Shown: in pieces, positions 42,874 to 57,887 of the stretch | Position numbering within the stretch: position 1 is the stretch's first letter | Layout of the letters: every line of letters begins with the position of its first letter | DNA from: Eledone cirrhosa | Taxonomy: Eukaryota | DNA: 64,000 bases | Assembly (NCBI GenBank): GCA_964016885.1 | Contig: OZ024742.1 | Span: 231,074,001-231,138,000, forward strand | Direction of reading: 5' to 3' | Position numbers and translations under genes: made by a program | Notes under the pieces: model-generated | Seen by the model: only the letters and a program-made list of their open reading frames with translations | Database searches by the model: none | Told to the model about the DNA's origin: nothing

Positions 42874-43249
42874 ATTATTATCATTGTCATATTTAACGTC
42901 TTGTTTGTCATCATATCTAGTCTCTTAGTTATAATTGCAATACAGTTTCTATGAATTTATATCATACACCATTATGATAAATACATTTACTAAATGATCC
43001 TGTGTCCCCTCAATGTCAACAAGAAGAAATATCGATGCAAAATGGAAACGTTTCCAGTTCTGGTGACTAATCTATAATGCATTGATTTGTGGTAATGTTG
43101 CTAAGGAATATTTATATGTATTTTTATTTCTGATGAAAAAAATGCTTCCAATCTTTTATTTTTGTCAACACTGGTGTTACTAAAATATAACTACATTATA
43201 TATATATATATATGTGTGTGTGTGTTTATATATTTATGTATACATAATA

Positions 43250-43370
<121 letters not shown>

Positions 43371-43378
43371 GTAGATAG

Positions 43379-43409
<31 letters not shown>

Positions 43410-44105
43410 GATAGATAGATAGACATAGACAGATATAATGAGAGAAACAGATGGATGAGCGAGATTTGTATTGTATACACATTTTTTTGCAATATAAATA
43501 AAACGAGAATAGAAACAAACGAAGAAAACAAGCCATGTCAGGTTTTGTTTATTCCAAACGTTTTCAAACGTTTAATGGTGTGATTGCAAATATCAACAGG
43601 TTTCTAAAGGCATTGCTATTCTATATCACTTTTAATCGATAAGCGATAACAAGGACACAACCATCTAGTCAGAACTTCCTCCAATTATTCCAACTATAAG
43701 CACGCTTGTATCGTGGAATATCGTGACTTAAGACAATTTTATTATCTGTTATTTCGAGACACTAGGGAACCAAAGGAGCGATGAAGCAAACAACCAGAAA
43801 ATATCACAACGCAGAAACCCAATTATCAAAGTTCAACAAATAATGTGAAAATGAATGCTTTTATTAAACAAGTATTTGCTATTTGTGGGTTGTATTAAAC
43901 TCTGCCCAATGTTCCCTTATACTCCCAAATAATTATTCTATACGAGCTGTATGCGAGAGCGAGGAATTGCAGTGCCATTAGAAACTGGATAGAAGGCTTT
44001 GCAATATTCGTTCCTACTCTCTGAGTTCAAATATCACCGAATTTAACATTACTTTTCATATTTTGGAGGGTCATAAATAAACACCAGTTCAGTAGTGGGG
44101 ACGAT

Positions 44106-44145
<40 letters not shown>

Positions 44146-44298
44146 GTAATAATAATAAATTTGAAGACTAAAATCCAAAGAGGGCTCGATAAGGATAAAT
44201 ATATATCAAATATATAAGAACCCTAGAGCAAATATTTATTGATCCCGTTAAGGGTGAAAGCAGCGATTCTTTGCTTAAACTTTAATCTGTTATTTTAA

Positions 44299-44408
<110 letters not shown>

Positions 44409-44601
44409 GTAACACAACACAACAGTTAGTTCACCATACCGAGAACAATTGTTTCATGCTAATGGTTATACGGACTGATAATTGTTATACGGAACAGGAA
44501 AAGGAGAAATAACTGCGTGAAGGCGCATGCGCAGAAACGGTCATTTCTCCCAGGCGATAAAAATCCACGGACGAAAGGTTTAAGGGATAACCATTATCAG
44601 T

Positions 44602-44642
44602 CCGAGCTGACGATCCACATAAGGTGAAACAATTGCCCTCGG
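44602..44642 (+). ncRNA. Minimal hammerhead ribozyme
   Basis: CCGAG-CTGACGA-TCC.ACATAA.GGT-GAAA-CAATTG-CC|CTCGG; the inverted copy at ~44425-44455 retains GAAACAATTGTT. Confidence 0.65.
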
Positions 44643-44748
44643 TTTGGTGAACTAACTGTTCTGTTACTACTTCTACCAAACTCGTCCCATGGACTGAGTG
44701 CTCTACTACTACGGATATTACCTTCCAGTGTTCTGCCTTTATACATAC

Positions 44749-44798
<50 letters not shown>

Positions 44799-44883
44799 GG
44801 TTAACAGAAATAACAACACAATCGGTACAGTATATATGGAAGGAATATATTAGGTTAACGCTTGAAATAACAGGAAGTGGGTA

Positions 44884-44916
44884 TAAACGTTTCGGACGCC
44901 AGTCTTTCATCAGAAA
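44884..44916 (-). ncRNA. HHR-like motif, family C
   Basis: CTGATGA-AA-GAC.TGGC.GTC-C-GAAA-CGTT; homologous to 61420-61456. Confidence 0.5.
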
Positions 44917-44977
44917 AAAGAATGAGAAATTAGAAAGATTGAAGGGATGGCTGGGGTGGAATTGGAAAAAATGTTTT

Positions 44978-45250
44978 ATGATGGCTGCAACTCGATTTCG
45001 AGTAATGCCATCGCTTGATACTTAAGCCTGAACATCCCAGAGGTGGCTTTTTAGTCCTACCAGATACTTGCGTATGACTAGCAATGCCATGCATCGCAAA
45101 AAGTGTCACATATCAAGCGAGGCGTGTGCTTCAAGCTTTTTTAAATGAGGAAAGGCTTTGCACGGGGCCAATCCCACTCTCTGAACGTCGAATGCATTTA
45201 CCCAAAAAGTAGAAGGGCCCTTTTTCAGGGGTGTACCAGTGGACAAGTCT
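44978..45250 (-). mobile_element. Diverged bipartite RTE derivative
   Basis: 5'-region similarity to 1-100 joined to the GAGTTGCAGCCATC 3' terminus. Confidence 0.5.
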
Positions 45251-45253
45251 AAC

Positions 45254-45299
<46 letters not shown>

Positions 45300-45927
45300 C
45301 ACACACACTTTTTCAAACGTCTATGTTTTATTTTTTTGTTTATTTGATATAATAAATTCTTTTTAAGCTTATTTTTTTACATCCGAACTTCATTTGAATA
45401 TAAAATTTAATTAGCGTAAAACTTTACTTATGTGATAGGGGTCGAGAAAGGCACCATAAGCAATACTTTAAGAATCAACAAATGCTGATTTGTCCCCTTC
45501 ACATTTTTAAGGCAACCCTCTTCCTGCTATATCAAGTGTTAACCTAATATATACCTTCCATATACTGTACGATTGTGTTGTTATTTCTGTTTACCTTTTA
45601 TATATATATATATATATAACATATATAATAGGTTAATCGGTTATATATATATATAATAGGTTAATCGCTTCATCGGTTCTGTTCAGAACTGCATAGGGAT
45701 GGTCCCACTGGGTTTAAATAACCGCGCGCCAACAACTTTATCAGGGATTAAGGGCCCATAGACGGGTGGAATCATAGCCAGAGCCTTGGCTGTGTAGTTA
45801 AGGAGTTTTCTTTACAACCAAGTGGTTCCGTGTTCATTTCTACGGCGTAGGACATTGAGTAGCTTGTCTACTATAGCCTCAGAAATTGCTGTAGCCACTC
45901 ACATTTACATGTGTGTGTGTGTGTGTA

Positions 45928-45996
<69 letters not shown>

Positions 45997-46444
45997 GTCT
46001 GTGTGTGTGTGTGTGTGTGTGTGTCAGTCTGTGCGTGTATGTTTTTGAGTGTATGAGTGTGTCGTAACTTAACGTTTCGATAAAAGAAATCGATAAAATA
46101 CAAGGCTTAAAAAAAGCTCTAAATCATTTATGGTAATGCTCAAGTATGGCCACAGTCTAATGACTGAAACCATTAACAGAACCATATCTGAGCTAATTGT
46201 TGTGTTTATTCAATACACAGTTTTAGAAAATGCTCTCCCTTGACAGATAGCTCTCCTTCCGCTGCTATTGTTATGCATACGAATTATTTTGTTGTCATTA
46301 CATTTATCGGAAAGTTTTATCAAGATATATTTTATAGATGTGCAGAGTTGGCGTTGCTTTTGTCCATTTATATAAAGTGTTCATCATATTCAAGACATAA
46401 TCTGTTGGAAAATCCATCACACTTGTCAAACGCCTTGTTTTCTC

Positions 46445-46509
<65 letters not shown>

Positions 46510-46516
46510 TATATAA

Positions 46517-46617
<101 letters not shown>

Positions 46618-46635
46618 AAGAAAGAAAGAACGAAA

Positions 46636-46669
<34 letters not shown>

Positions 46670-47038
46670 GAGAAAGAAAGAAAGCAGGGATGGAAGAAAG
46701 AATGAAAGAAAGAAAGAAAAAATGAAAGAAAGTCATTCAGTACACATGTTCTTAGTGAATTAATCGCTTGTCAGATGCTTTCCGTTTCCTACACACACGC
46801 AAATATATGCGTATATATATACACACACATATATATGTGTGTGTGTGTATATATATACATTGGGTGAATATCGCCCATCTATTACCGTATAATATACAAA
46901 CTTTCTGAAAATTCTTATTATATCGGAACTGGCGTAAGTATATTATTAACCGAAACACTAGCCCCGTTTGCTTTTACCATCTATCACATTCTCCTTAAGT
47001 ATCACCTATTTCACGCCACCTCACTTAGCAACACTCAT

Positions 47039-47102
<64 letters not shown>

Positions 47103-47403
47103 ACATCTCACCCAGGTCGGATGGTCTGTATCTCTCGTCCATGATTTCACCAAGCTTAAGCTTATAGATATCATGTACTTGTCTCTTCCTATCTTTCCGT
47201 TGCAATACCATCTTTGTTTGTTTACATGTCTCGCTTGCTTCACGCTATTTTACTTGTCCCAATAACTTTATTTAGTTATTGCTCGCACCAACCAGAGGTA
47301 TATGATTTTTAAAGCGATGAAATACCAATGAAGATTGGAAGATCACTGATGAAGGACTAATTTTATTCATATATATATATATATATATATATATAAGGGG
47401 AAA

Positions 47404-47522
47404 AATCGAAAATGCAACCGGAGTCTTTTTAATAATATTTATTTGTTTCCTTTCCCGGTTCCACAGTTCTTATACTATTCAAAAGTAGAATTGAGAGGGA
47501 GAGTTTGTGGTTTTTCATATAT

Positions 47523-47557
<35 letters not shown>

Positions 47558-47558
47558 A

Positions 47559-47621
<63 letters not shown>

Positions 47622-47727
47622 CACAAACTCGCCCTCTCAATTCTACTTTTGAAAAGTATAAGAACTGTGGAACCGGTAAAGGAAACAAATAAATATTATT
47701 AAAAAGACTCCAGTTGCATTTTCGATT
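47404..47727. repeat. Inverted repeat (~110-bp arms) around a microsatellite; family also at 50468-50590
   Basis: Arms 47404-47515 and 47618-47727. Confidence 0.9.
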
Positions 47728-48304
47728 ATATATATATAGGGTTTAGATCGATATCTGGTGATTTCGATCTTATTTATGATTTACTCAACAAATCTATTTG
47801 GAGCGTACGCAAAGGAGTAATTGTAATACAACATCCCAGTCAGAAGCCTAAAGCTATGAAAAGGAAGTAATTATTGTATTGACAGATTAACATATGAAAA
47901 ACGTTAAAGTACTCAATATTTGATCTATTGAAACAGCCATTATCCTCCTAGAACATAAAAATCCGTTGGACTACAAAAATTCACATCTAAACTAGTACAG
48001 TACTGTTTCAAATTCCGTGGAGAATCCGCTGGTGATCGATTAATAATAAATCCATAACCAACGAGTTCCGGACGAAGGAATTATCATAAGCCAGCAGTGC
48101 AGTCCTATGAAAGATTTCCGAAAATCGACTTAACTATTAAATTTTCAAGTTGGTGCCGGAATCCCACGTGTAGCAGTAACTGCTATTCTGTCATCAGGTA
48201 ACAGTAATAGTGGCCGACTAGCTGGGGGCTGGTGTTAAAGCATGACGTCACCATAATTCAAGAAAAAACATCTATAATATATATACATATATATATGTAT
48301 AAAT

Positions 48305-48525
48305 ATATATCGAGAGTCGATCGACTCTCATCAAATCGGACCGAGGAAACAATGTTTCCGTTGGTCTTTCCAATTGCTAATGCTATCTATCGGGCGCAAC
48401 TCCAGGTAGAAGGAGCAACGTGAAATAAAGTGTCTTGCTCAAGGACATAACGCATCGCTCGGTCCAGGAATCGAACTCGAAACCTCACGATTGCGAATCC
48501 AATTCTCTAACCACTCAGCACCTTC
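48305..48525 (-). mobile_element. Family 2 SINE head fused to a distinct 3' part ending in (TA)n
   Basis: Same junction at 39420-39450; 3' part alone at 3960-4055. Confidence 0.7.
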
Positions 48526-48660
48526 ACCCGGTGGTGGGTTGGCAGTATCGGTAGAGTGTCTGACAACATACGTTGCAGCCCTTTACGTTCTGAGTTCAAA
48601 TCCTGCCGAGGTTAGCTTTGCCTTTCATCCTTACAGGATCGATAAAATAAACCACTAGTA

Positions 48661-48717
<57 letters not shown>

Positions 48718-48752
48718 TGTGTGTGTGTTTGTGTGTGTACATAAGTATATAC

Positions 48753-48793
<41 letters not shown>

Positions 48794-49922
48794 TGTATAT
48801 ATATATGTATATATATATATATTTACTTATATATGTATAGATATATGTATATATGTGTGTGTATGTATATGTTTATACATACATATATATATGTGTGCGT
48901 TTGTTTATACATATATACATATATATATATATATGTGTGCGTTTGTTTATACATATATACATATATATATATATACACCTTAATTTTTAATCAATCTTCT
49001 ATCCTGTTCTATCTATTCCTTGTTTCGGTATGTACTGCAAGTAATGATAGATAATTGTTTGTAACACACCTTTCATTTACAACAACAAATACAACAGTAA
49101 TCCTACGAATTTTAGATTAAGTTGTAAAACAGGAAATAATAACGTTGTGTTGTTTTCTTGTGTTTTTCTTTGGTCGCTTTTGTGTCTGTCGTAGTTATGG
49201 TTGTTTTAATTCATGATACAGTCTCTGAATATCACTTTAATTTACATTCATATAAGCGTTCTGACAGGGCGAACAGCTCCAGAGATTATTTCCAATCTAG
49301 ATCATTCGAGGAGTTTTGCAATGAATAGAAGACGGCAATTATATGCCTGAAGGCTTCCATCTTAGAGCAATCCAGTTCTCAATTCTTTAGAAATTCTATT
49401 TCGCTGTTATCAGATATTTCAGTCATCGTAAATGACTTTTCACATATCGATGATGACATGCTACTAAATATACGGTCTTAATCATCTTGACTTAACTTTA
49501 TTTCTTTACGTATAATTCTCAAATAAAATTGCTTTTCATTTCGTTTATTTGTTTGTTCAATTATTTACCAATCAAGACTTACTTCTCGCTTTTACTATAT
49601 CTAGAAAGTAGAAAAGTTATATATTTTCTAATTCTAATTCCTATCTAGAGTTTGGCACTCCCCCGAGCAGAAAGGTTGGATTGGTATTGGTATTGGTGTA
49701 AATTTCCTTCAAGACATCCAATCAACTTGAATATCTTTGAGATAGACTTTAGATATCTTAGAGCTGTGATGAGTGGATATTTCTTGACAACTTTATTGTC
49801 TTCAACAAATATTATTGATGCTGTCGACATAACTCAACATAAAGTCAGACATTCGCACAGATATATACAACCACACACACGCGCGCGCACACACACGCAC
49901 ACACACACCCACACACACACAC

Positions 49923-49955
<33 letters not shown>

Positions 49956-50186
49956 AATTGTTAAACAACACAATCGGTACAGTATATGGAAGGAATATAT
50001 TAGGTTATTATATATATATATATATATATAAGTAAATATATATATATAAGCAAAAGGGATATTTAATTTGTTGGTAATTCAACAAATATAAATGTTTATA
50101 ACTGATTCAAAGCACTCGACAAGTTTTCTGGAGTATAATATTCAATGATATTAAATAAATGGAAACTATATTTATAAAACCATATT

Positions 50187-50247
50187 TATTCTATTATATA
50201 TATTTCAAGAGTACCAAAACTTTGGTACGCCCTCATCAGATAAAATA
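50187..50247 (-). ncRNA. Type-I hammerhead ribozyme, intact core
   Basis: TATTTTAT-CTGATGA-GGGCGTACCAAA.GT.TTTGGTACTCTT-GAAA-TATATA-TA|ATAGAATA. Confidence 0.75.
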
Positions 50248-50606
50248 CAAAGTTTGTTTTATAAATTAAATATTGACATATCCAGGAAGAAGATCTTTAC
50301 GGTTCAAGTTTTTCCTGGAAAAACTTGAACGGTTAAGATCTTTCCATTTATTTAATATCATTGAATATATATATATATATTATTTATTAGAAAGTGAGGT
50401 TTTTTTTAGAAAATAAAAAATAACCGAGGTGTCCTACACGAGTGAAAGTATAAAGAAAAAAAGATGAAATCGAAAATGCAACTGGAGTCTTATTTTTAAA
50501 AAATATATATATTTATTTAGTTCCTTTACCGGTTTCGCAGTTCTTCTGCTTTTCAAAAGTAGAGTTGAGATGGAGGGTCTGTGGTTTTTCATATATATAT
50601 ATGTGG

Positions 50607-51975
<1,369 letters not shown>

Positions 51976-53504
51976 GATTTTGCTTAAGCAATGAATTAAA
52001 ATTTTATAACGGTATTTTCACCTCTCTCTCTCTTTCTCTCTTTTACGAATTACTTTACTCTGATCAGTTTATGTGAACAATTTATTTATTTTCTTCCTCC
52101 GCGAGCTACTATATTCACCTAGATTCTATCTTTTTAATCCAAAAATATTTTTAGGCAGATAAGATCTTTATAATCTAAAAATATTTTGTGCTAAGATTAT
52201 TCATTATTTAATTAGTATTCCTGATTCTTCACCCACTCTTCTTTCAGTGCAATCTAATATCAGTTCCACAATTCCATTATTATTTCAGAAAATCTAAATT
52301 ACCAGAAAATTCTAAGTTCGATATTTTTTTTTATTAATCCTTATTCATTATAATCAAAACAACAAAACTTTTCATTGGATTCCATAATTAAATCCTTAAT
52401 TAAAATCGTGGTTCGGTTTTAAGTGCTGGATTTCATAATAAATTCAAATTCTCTAAAAATGCAAAATTAATAATCAAAGATTTTTCATTAGAAGAAAATG
52501 ATAATGACATTTTACGATAAAGAAATCAGCTGTGGAATCGTAGATTCTTTACAAATACTAAATATATTCAGTTGGCGTATTTAATTTTTTTCACAGGTTT
52601 CATTTTTTCTCTTTAACCTTTTTGATAACAAACCGTCTGAAACCATCTCTGTTTCTACAATTCGAAATTGTTTATTTTAAAGTGTTTATATTTATGTAAA
52701 AACCTCCCTTCATAAAATTATGGTTAGTTATATTATTAAATCCCTCCAAATTCTTGATCTTTTTTGTAATAATTTTAAAACCATAAGCAGTGTCTTTCAT
52801 TAGAAATATAATAACAAAGAGTTTGTGAATTTACTTTTATCTAAAACTCTTGCAGCATAATTTTATGTAAGAAACTTGTTTGTTATCTTCCAAACGTCAG
52901 CCTAATAATTGTTTTTTTTTTTTTTTTTTTTTTTTTTTTGGGGGGGGGGGGGCACAGGGACCTAAAACGTCAGCTTCTTAATACTGAAAAGGATATATTA
53001 CTAAATCCCTACAAATTCTAGATTATTTTTTAGATTTATTGAAAATCATAAGGCAACGTCTTACGATAGAAATATAATAAATAAAAGCTAATATTAACAA
53101 CTTGGAAACTGGAAATATAAATGAAAGTATTGATAAGTCAGATAGTCAATGTTATTCAATGTACAATCTCCTTAATGTTCTTATTAAGTTCCAAAACAGT
53201 CTTGATCTTGCAGATGTTCTGACCCTGACCATTCCCCTTTATTAAAGGCGGTTGAGTATAATTTTGAGGTGATTTGACTGCTAATTCTAACTGATAGAAC
53301 CATCATGTACAGTTTCCCTCATTGGCTCATTGTACATTTATTTAGGAATTAACTCATCACTATAGTTTTACTGCTATTTCTAGCAAATGAGGGGCTCCAT
53401 CGATGGTGCGTACAACTTTATATCAATATTGTAGTGAAAGCTTTTAAAGATTTTAGCTGCTATTTCTAGCAAATCAAGTATGCACGTTTGTATGTATGTA
53501 TGTA

Positions 53505-53725
53505 AATCTTTAACATCAACTACACGGTCCATGCAGCAAATGACTATGCCACAGCTAACTGTTGAAAAAAGCTTAACGAGTCTCCAAGACTCAGGGAAAT
53601 CATATACAAGCCATTAAAGTGCTGAAGGTCGGAAAAGCTCCAAATGTTGATGGCATTCTCCTAAAGGTTTAGAACAATGGCAATCCCTCATTCCACTCCA
53701 GACTTTAAGAATTCTTCATTAGTTT
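53505..53725 (+). mobile_element. Short decayed RTE ORF fragment
   Basis: QAIKVLKVGKAPNVDGI motif following (TGTA)n. Confidence 0.6.
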
Positions 53726-53896
53726 CTCCTTCTGTATATTAATATACATACACCGTACAAGTAAGTCAATACTCATCTTTATCCATTTCTTAGAGGGTTC
53801 TAAACCCCACTATCAGGCTAAAATTTCTTTAGTCAAAAAAATACGGCGAAAGCTTCTATTTCTAATTTTAAACTCGCTACTGTTTCAAAACGTACT

Positions 53897-53986
<90 letters not shown>

Positions 53987-54076
53987 CTGAAGTATAAATT
54001 AAGTGGAAATATCCAAGAGTATGAGCACTCAGTCCATAGGAGGAGGTTAGTAAAAATAATGACAACAGTGACATAA

Positions 54077-54126
54077 ACAGGTACTCAAGTTTCGTTGGGT
54101 TCTGGGCCCCAACTCGTTCAGCCTGT
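54077..54126 (-). ncRNA. Hammerhead with a 1-nt core insertion, left arm of a palindrome
   Basis: ACAGG-CTGAACGA-GTTGGG.GCCCAGAA.CCCAAC-GAAA-CTTGAG-TA|CCTGT; mirror copy at 54149-54197 (+). Confidence 0.7.
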
Positions 54127-55160
54127 CATGAGAAAAATAAAAAACATGACAGGCTGAACTAGTTGGGGCCAGAACCCAGTGAAACTTGAGTACCTGTTTA
54201 TGTCACTGTTGTAAACATATATATATATATATATATAAAGGGAAAGAAAGAGGTGGGTTTATGTATATTAATATACAGAGAGAGAAAGAATGTGCAACAG
54301 AGAGAGAAAATAGAAAGCAAGAAAATAAATTTTGTATTAGTAAAAAGGTTAATAAAATGTGTCAAGGGAAATACGATTGTTTGACGTCTTTTACAGCGGG
54401 GCCCTTCCTGTTTATTTTCCCAAGCCAGTCCATCACTAGTTTCCTTGAATTCATTCTTCTTTTTTCTGTTGCAAAACACTGATATTTCATTAGCTCAGTT
54501 TCTGTTCTTTAATATTTGTTTCAGTATAACTATTTTGAACAATCTGTTTAAATTTCTCTATTCAAAACTTCAGGAAATTGAGTTTAGGCTGTCTCTGTTA
54601 ATTTGTATTTTTAGACAAAATTAAACATTGTAGACTCCCAGCTGCGCATCTGTGCAATCCAATTCATATGTGCTGTGTGTCTATACGGTAATTTTACTCT
54701 TCAACTAAATTCCACTATGCAAATAAATCATCAGAAGTTTATTTCAGCATTAATGTTTCGCTAAACATCACAACGTAATGGAGTTTTTTTTTTAATCTGC
54801 CAGTCACCTTCCGAAATTGTCCAGTTTTATGTTTGTTGTTAACTGACAGTGCGAACAAATAATAAAAAGAAAGAAATATTATTTAGACAAGTTGCTTTTA
54901 AAATAATTTCACGGCCTAATTGAAATTGATTTAATTCATGTGATGTGGGTTTCAGAATTTTTAGACGTAAGTAAATGTAGTTATGGTCCTTTATGCACTG
55001 AGTTCACATCCGGCCAAATCCGATTTTTGCCATTCACCCTTCTGGTTTTCATAAAATAAATATGTAAAAGTCAAGTAATATGATCTAATCGCATAGCACA
55101 ATCCTACAATAACTAGATTACAGAGTTAGTTAAGAGAGTGTTGGTGGGTAAATTAGAAAT

Positions 55161-55379
55161 AAAGGTTTCTTATATAGGCACAAGGCCAGCAATTTTGAGG
55201 GAGGGGACAGTCGATTAAATCGACCCAGTACATTACTGGTACTTTAATTTATCGACCTCGTAAGGATGAAAGGCAAAGTTAACCTCGGTGGGATTTGAAC
55301 TCAAATCATAAAGGGTCGTAACTCAATGCTGCAAAGCATGGCATCCGACCCTCTACCGATACTACCAATCCACCACCCT
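55161..55379 (-). mobile_element. Family 1 SINE with TSD
   Basis: TSD tgggtaaattagaaat. Confidence 0.9.
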
Positions 55380-55956
55380 TGGGTAAATTAGAAATGATAG
55401 AAGGTGAGTAGTAATAGAATGGAAATTAAAATAGAATCCCTTAGACGCAGCATGGCTAGATAGTTAAGAATTTCCTTTTGCTAGCATTATGTCCCACGTT
55501 CGATCCCACGGGTGGCTTCTTAGGCAAGTTTCAGTTATCATAGCCCTGAGTCGACCTATGCTTTGTGAGTAAAATTAGGTAGACGAAAACTATTTGAAAG
55601 CACCCATCGTACGGCCTGTACCAGTTATTCAAAGAGCTAACGTTGTCACATACTGTTTCATATTGAATCTTCGTGAGAATTGACATTAAAGGTATGGCTG
55701 ACTGGAAAGTAACTTATTTAATCAAGGTATTTTACCAAAAATGTTGTTAAAATGCCTGGTGAAGTTAGTTGTTCGAGTCACGAATCACATAATTATTGTG
55801 GAATATACTGTGCAAGTACTTGTAGAAACACGTGCAAGAATTAATAAATGATGTAACTTTATTTATGAATACAAAATGTATCTAAGAAAATCAATAGAAT
55901 ACGCTCTTGTATATATTGACTTGTATGTATGTCGAATTCGATAGCACATTGATTTC

Positions 55957-56081
55957 TGGTGGTGGTGGTGGTGCTGGTGGTGCTGGTGCAAGTGCAGGTT
56001 CTACTAGGGATGATTGTGTTGTTTGTGGTGATGGTGTGGTGGTTGTGGTGGTGGTAGTGCTGGTTCTGGTGCTGATGGTGG

Positions 56082-56112
<31 letters not shown>

Positions 56113-56315
56113 ACTGGTGGTTGTGGTGGAGGTAGTGCTGGTGGTGGTGGTGGTGGTGCTGGTGCTGGTGCTGGTACTGGTGGTTGTGGTGGAGGTGGTG
56201 CTGATGGTGGTGGTGGTGGGGCTGGTGCTGGTGGTTGTGGTGGTGGTAGTGCTGGTGGTGGTGATGGTGGTGGTGGTGCTACTGGTGCTGGTGCTGGTGT
56301 GGTGGTTGTGGTGGT
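55957..56315. repeat. (GGT)-rich tract
   Basis: Direct reading. Confidence 0.9.
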
Positions 56316-56486
56316 ATGATGTGATTAATTCAATGTAGATTCATTTCCAGCATTCATCATATAATGAGAGGATCCTTGTAATGTGTGTATGTTACATTTC
56401 AAGATAATTCATTCTATTGTCGTTGTTAAGGACTATAAAGGATTCATATATATAGATAGAGAGAGGTGTATATATATATATGTGTG

Positions 56487-56564
<78 letters not shown>

Positions 56565-56705
56565 CGAAGCCAAATGTTAAATATTTGACTTAATTATTTT
56601 ATTTTACATTAACCAAACCAACCTGCGTACTGCGTCGAGTGCTCCAATCTGCATACTGAAGTGTCGGTAAACAACCAGCATATACTCAAAATTTATGTAT
56701 GTATG

Positions 56706-56740
<35 letters not shown>

Positions 56741-56781
56741 GCGTGTGAGTGCATGAGTGTGTGTTTGTGTGTGTGTACGTA

Positions 56782-56822
<41 letters not shown>

Positions 56823-56849
56823 GCACAAATAAAACACACACACACACAA

Positions 56850-56906
<57 letters not shown>

Positions 56907-57820
56907 AAAATGTATGATCTCGACGGCTATTTCTGGACTAGTTCAGAAATAGCCGTCGAAAAGGCTTGAGGTCTGCCGTAGGGGTCCTACATTTTCCTAT
57001 TACCCACTTTACTACCCTAAGTATTGAGTACTCTGGTGCGTTATGGTCCATCTGGTTCCTTACCACAACTCCTTCGTTATATATATATATATATGTTTAT
57101 CCCGGGTTCAATCCGGGATAACCACAGTAAGTAAGGTACTCAATATATAGCAGAGTATAAATATTTAATATAGAAATGGCTTCTACAGGACTAGAACTGT
57201 TTCATTCATCCGAATGAAACAGTTCTAGTCCTGTAGGTTGGTTATGTTGTATATTATCGCATTACTGTATTTCATTATCTTATTATAATTTTCATCTTTT
57301 AATATACTATCTTTCCTAGCCATAACCTTAATTTATATTCACCTAAAAACTCAATACAACACTAATCACCATTTATTTTTACATTCCTTTTAAACTTCAC
57401 TATACCAGATACATTCAACTATCAGTTTGACAATCCTTTTCCTCCTAATAGATGTTTATGCCAATTCTACTATTAACACCATTCAACCGTTCCTTTCAAA
57501 GGGTCATGACCTCAACTAAAGTGTATTAGTTTTCACCTTAACACCATATGAAAAAACAATTTGATGGGTTAGTTCTTCAGCAACCTCCAAATAAGGACAT
57601 GATACTAACATACTACTAATTCTGAATAAAATTATTATTGCTTTTGAAAACAGCTGGTGATATGCATGTAAGTAAATATTCTCTTTATCTGATATTTTGT
57701 ACCTAACCTTACATAGATCAATAACAGAGTATAGCTACAATGTATTATCATCACCTGGAAACGATCGTAAAGCAGTGAAGTATATCTCTAATGACTTGAT
57801 TTTTTATTTCATTGTTTTAA

Positions 57821-57887
<67 letters not shown>

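Noticed and set aside
47340-47370. CTGATGAAGGAC motif
   Set aside because: Truncated by (TA)n before any GAAA; cannot be supported as a ribozyme
51980-52720. Decayed viral or transposon ORF in AT-rich DNA
   Set aside because: No readable protein motif in the frames I examined
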